Source: an uncultured virus (IMG/VR IMGVR_UViG_3300010342_000399)
Lineage: Duplodnaviria; Heunggongvirae; Uroviricota; Caudoviricetes
Length of the DNA stretch: 64,000 nucleotides
Strand: one strand, 5' to 3'
IMG/VR virus record: IMGVR_UViG_3300010342_000399
Shown: positions 60,674 to 64,000 of the stretch, one piece after another
Position numbering within the stretch: position 1 is the first letter of the stretch
Layout of the letters: each line of letters starts with the position of its first letter
Translations under genes and position numbers: made by a program
The notes under the pieces: model-generated
Told to the model about the DNA's origin: nothing
The model's input: the letters and a program-made list of their open reading frames with translations, nothing else
The model's database searches: none

Positions 60674-61521
60674 TGATAATATTAACTGAAATAGTGAATG
60701 AATTACTGTTAGAACAAGATAGTAAAATAGAAATAATAAGACAATCTATTCTTGAAAAAATTCCTATGTCTATATATTATAGGGGACCGGCAAATGAAGT
60801 TAGAGAGGGTCAAAGAATAGATATTGAACCAGTTGTGTTAGGTAAACATAAACGAACTGGCAATCTTGTTATTTGGGCATTTGTATTTAAGGGCGTATCA
60901 AAAAAGGGGTTACCAGGATGGAAAATGTTTCGTGTTGATAGAATTGTATCTGCAAAGCTTAATTTTAATGTCAAAAATTTTGATCTTAATATTTTACCTG
61001 GATATCAAAAAGGTAAAGCACCTAATGCTATGAAATCATTAAGTAGTGTTGATATTTTTTCACCATATTGGTATAAAGAAGGTGAAACCATTGAAACGCC
61101 ACCAATACCTAAACAGCCAGAAAGTCCAGAAACCGAACCGGTTGATGTTGAAATTCCTCCAGATGAGCGTCCAATTGAAAAACCATTAAACATATCAAAT
61201 AAAGAAGTGTTGGATCGAATTAGTAATAATTTAAAATCAAAAATAAAAAAAATTAATGGCCAAGACTTTATTACACAAGTTGATTATGATCATGCATTAA
61301 AAGATTTATATAATAATAAAGAAAAAGAATTTAAAATTTATCAAAAAGCCATTTCAGGTAATTTAAGACCAGGAGAAGGAACAAGGAAAAGATTTACTGA
61401 TACATCAAAAGCAGAATTAGATAAATTATTAGCAACAAATAATATAAAACTTGAACAACCACCTAATCAATTATTAGAAATAAATAAAATGAAAAAAAGA
61501 TTTAAAAGATTGATTATATAA
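60673..61521 (+). CDS. WYL-domain protein with a Pro/Glu linker and C-terminal helical domain
   Basis: I...I.E...MSIYY...R.IEP..LG...LVIWA...WKMFRVDRI matches the WYL pattern. Confidence 0.75.
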   Translation: MIILTEIVNELLLEQDSKIEIIRQSILEKIPMSIYYRGPANEVREGQRIDIEPVVLGKHKRTGNLVIWAFVFKGVSKKGLPGWKMFRVDRIVSAKLNFNVKNFDLNILPGYQKGKAPNAMKSLSSVDIFSPYWYKEGETIETPPIPKQPESPETEPVDVEIPPDERPIEKPLNISNKEVLDRISNNLKSKIKKINGQDFITQVDYDHALKDLYNNKEKEFKIYQKAISGNLRPGEGTRKRFTDTSKAELDKLLATNNIKLEQPPNQLLEINKMKKRFKRLII

Positions 61522-61558
61522 TAATTTTTTTATAATTTTATAATAAAGAAATATACAT

Positions 61559-62176
61559 ATGGTACTTATAAATAAAAAAATAACTCCACAAGAATTAGCC
61601 GAAAATTTAGTTAATTCCAGAAAAATAATTAACAAACTTGATACTGGTAATTACAAAAAAAGAAATATCAATGAACAATTGATTATTGATAATGATAATA
61701 TTGATATCGATAATATTGATATCGATAATATTGATATCGATAATACTATTAATCAAAATATACCAAAAATTGATACTTCACTAGCTACAATTGATAAAAT
61801 AACTCAATCAAAATTACCAGATGCAATTAAACAGGCAATGATTGAACATCCAATTCCTCAAATATCATTAAATGATTCATTAGATATTAGTATAACTGAA
61901 AGATCGAAAAAAATAATGGAAAAAGAAGGATTAATCTCTCCAACAAAAAGTAAAATAATATATAATCAAAAAAATAGTGGATATTCTACATCATTAAATG
62001 AATCAAAATTACAAAATCTTATTGAAAATGCTGTTCGAAAAGTTCTTGATGAAAAATTAAATCAAATATTATCCGCACAACAATTAAGTAGTATTAATGA
62101 AAATCTTGTTTTAAAAGTCGGAGATTCAATCTTTCAAGGAAAAATTACGGCAGTAAAAAAACACCAAAAACGGTAA
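61559..62176 (+). CDS. Hypothetical protein, probable head-associated
   Basis: SKLPDAIKQAMIEHPI and ENLVLKVGDSIFQGKI. Confidence 0.75.
   Translation: MVLINKKITPQELAENLVNSRKIINKLDTGNYKKRNINEQLIIDNDNIDIDNIDIDNIDIDNTINQNIPKIDTSLATIDKITQSKLPDAIKQAMIEHPIPQISLNDSLDISITERSKKIMEKEGLISPTKSKIIYNQKNSGYSTSLNESKLQNLIENAVRKVLDEKLNQILSAQQLSSINENLVLKVGDSIFQGKITAVKKHQKR
61694..61745 (+). repeat. 15-bp in-frame tandem repeat (DNIDI x3)
   Basis: GATAATATTGATATC x3 plus a partial copy. Confidence 0.9.
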
Positions 62177-62180
62177 ATAA

Positions 62181-62213
62181 TTTGTTTTTTTAAATTTTTT
62201 TATATATATTTTG
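62181..62213 (+). promoter_or_regulatory. Host-type promoter upstream of the glycosyltransferase
   Basis: TTTG-N20-TATATTTTG. Confidence 0.55.
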
Positions 62214-62230
62214 ACATAAGAACATTATTT

Positions 62231-63460
62231 ATGTCAAAAATTAGAATTTTAGCAATTCCGCCAGATACTCATGGCGTCGGAAAATTCAGAATTACTGGGC
62301 CATACACATTTCTTCAAGAAAACTACGGTGATGATTTTCATATTGATTTATTAACAAACATTGAAGATAAAGATGATATATTTAACAATTATGATATTAT
62401 TGTTATGCATACCTTTATACATAACAAAGCGTCATCTAGTAAAAATATAAACAGAGTTAAATGGTTAAAAGAAAAAGGAAAAATCGTAATTATCGATTTT
62501 GATGATTATTGGGAACCAGACATAAGACATCCAATGTATTTACAGGCAAAAATTTCTGGAGCCATTATAACCAAAATTAATTTATTAAAAGAAGCTAGTT
62601 ATATTACTGTTACTACGCCAGTCTACCAAGATACTATTATTAAAAAATTCAATTTAAAAAATGTAGTGGTTTTTCCTAATGCAATTGATGAAACTGAACC
62701 ACAATTTATTCCATCACCAATTCCATCTGAAAAAATTAGATTTGGATGGTTAGGCGGTAGTTCTCATTTATCAGATATTGATCTTATGACATTAGGAATA
62801 TCAAAAATGTATAATACTTTTATTGATAAGATACAATTTGTATTGTGTGGATTTGATTTAAGAGGTACCGTTACAGAAATTAATAAAACAACACAAGAAA
62901 GAAAAACACGTAATGTTAGACCTGAAGAAACTGTATGGTATAAATATGAACATATATTTACTAATAATTATCGTGTTTTAGATAATGATTATATTAACTT
63001 CCTTAAATTATATAAAGAACTTGAATATGATGACACAAACAAGCCATATATAAGAAGATGGACAAAAGAAATAAATAAATATGCAGTAAATTATAATTAT
63101 TTTGATGTATCATTAGCACCTTTAGTTCCAACTATTTTCAATATTAATAAATCACAACTAAAAGCAATAGAATCTGGTTTTTTTAAAAAAGCTTTAATTG
63201 CCAGTGATGTGAGTCCATATACAATAGACTTGATATCAGCTATAGAATTTAATGGAAAATATAATCCTAAAGGTAATGCGTTATTAGTAGATCCAAATAA
63301 AAATCATAAACAATGGTTTCAACACATGAAACGATTAGTTGAAAATCCAAATATGATTGAAGATTTGGGTAATAAACTTTACGAAACAGTTAAAGACAAA
63401 TATTCATTAAAAAAAGTTTGTCAAGATAGATCGGAATTTTTAAAATCAATAATAAAATAA
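62231..63460 (+). CDS. Glycosyltransferase (GT-B fold, GT4-like)
   Basis: GVGKFRI, DFDDYW, VFPNAI, FGWLGGSSH, DVSLAPL...N..KSQLKAIE and IASDVSPY. Confidence 0.88.
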   Translation: MSKIRILAIPPDTHGVGKFRITGPYTFLQENYGDDFHIDLLTNIEDKDDIFNNYDIIVMHTFIHNKASSSKNINRVKWLKEKGKIVIIDFDDYWEPDIRHPMYLQAKISGAIITKINLLKEASYITVTTPVYQDTIIKKFNLKNVVVFPNAIDETEPQFIPSPIPSEKIRFGWLGGSSHLSDIDLMTLGISKMYNTFIDKIQFVLCGFDLRGTVTEINKTTQERKTRNVRPEETVWYKYEHIFTNNYRVLDNDYINFLKLYKELEYDDTNKPYIRRWTKEINKYAVNYNYFDVSLAPLVPTIFNINKSQLKAIESGFFKKALIASDVSPYTIDLISAIEFNGKYNPKGNALLVDPNKNHKQWFQHMKRLVENPNMIEDLGNKLYETVKDKYSLKKVCQDRSEFLKSIIK

Positions 63461-63474
63461 TAAAAATAAAAATT

Positions 63475-63714
63475 ATGTATTATTTAGTAACAATTAATTA
63501 CGAAATTGAAACAGAAAGAAACACTAAGTTACAAAAAATAAAATATATTATTGAGGCTGAAAGTGTTGAAGAGGCCGCAATTATTGCAAATAAATATATT
63601 GAAGGAGATACTAGATCTGCAGAACTCCTGGGTATCACACATATGCCTATTGAATGTGTTATTGGCCCTAAAACATATCCGGAATATTATAAAGAAAAAA
63701 ATATTTTAAAATAA
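63475..63714 (+). CDS. Small protein, DUF4494-like
   Basis: Y.V.I.YE...K.KYIIEAESVEEA pattern resembles Bacteroidetes DUF4494. Confidence 0.55.
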   Translation: MYYLVTINYEIETERNTKLQKIKYIIEAESVEEAAIIANKYIEGDTRSAELLGITHMPIECVIGPKTYPEYYKEKNILK

Positions 63715-63728
63715 AATAATATAAAATC

Positions 63729-64000
63729 ATGTTAACCATACAACAATTAGAACACAATAAAACTAAGTTCATAGAAACTAATAAGAAGTATAATATTATG
63801 ACTAAAGAATTATTAGATTTTCTTGGTGATAATTTGTATATTTCGCCAGCATCGACTCGATTAAGCATGGTTGGTTGTTATCCAGGCGGTTTATTAAATC
63901 ACATAATAAAAGCATGTAAATATGCCATTAAAGTAAATGAGATTTTACCTGAATTTTTAAAACAACCAATTCCAACAATAGTTAAAGTAGTCTTTTTATC
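63729..64000 (+). CDS. Partial HD-domain (YhaM-like) protein running off the window end
   Basis: ATG at 63729 and open to the end of the window. SPAS...CYPGGLLNH. Confidence 0.55.
   Translation, partial: MLTIQQLEHNKTKFIETNKKYNIMTKELLDFLGDNLYISPASTRLSMVGCYPGGLLNHIIKACKYAIKVNEILPEFLKQPIPTIVKVVFL

Noticed and set aside
1..64000. Stop-codon reassignment (alternative genetic code)
   Set aside because: Long genes are intact in the standard code and TAG ends genes (for example 34028 and 59053). The only in-frame stop in a recognisable gene is a TAA in the decayed tnpA.
1..64000. tRNA or rRNA genes and a DGR reverse transcriptase
   Set aside because: No cloverleaf/T-loop signatures were seen in the short intergenic regions, and no YxDD reverse transcriptase ORF was recognised.

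Overview
This is a very AT-rich, gene-dense 64 kb segment of a large T4-like (myovirus) phage genome read in the standard genetic code. The host is most likely Bacteroidota, based on TTTG-N19/20-TAnnTTTG-type promoters, a Bacteroidetes-like class II ribonucleotide reductase, a FISUMP domain and a DUF4494-like gene. Positions 1-48.7 kb are almost all on the minus strand. They hold neck, tail terminator, sheath, tube, chaperone, tape-measure and baseplate genes, interrupted by a replication block (SSB, UvsX/RecA, 5'-3' exonuclease, intein-containing DnaB-like helicase, NrdJ). This part ends in two giant proteins of 2030 and 3022 aa that carry strings of beta-helix/PL9-like and SGNH-like modules on Ser/Thr/Pro linkers. 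Positions 48.8-64 kb are mostly on the plus strand: SNF2 helicase, neck protein, family B DNA polymerase, probable head-internal proteins (including a 7x49-aa repeat protein coupled to a WYL protein), a glycosyltransferase and a truncated HD-like gene. The highlights are: (1) a sheath-tube intergenic locus with a promoter firing into two different tandem arrays that abut a decayed IS607 retaining a TnpB omegaRNA-like scaffold; (2) the multi-enzyme virion proteins; (3) a likely +1 frameshift in the tail chaperone; (4) a class 3 intein; (5) a TATTTAT phage promoter motif; (6) an RMF-like small gene. All family assignments come from motif recognition by eye, and no database searches were run.
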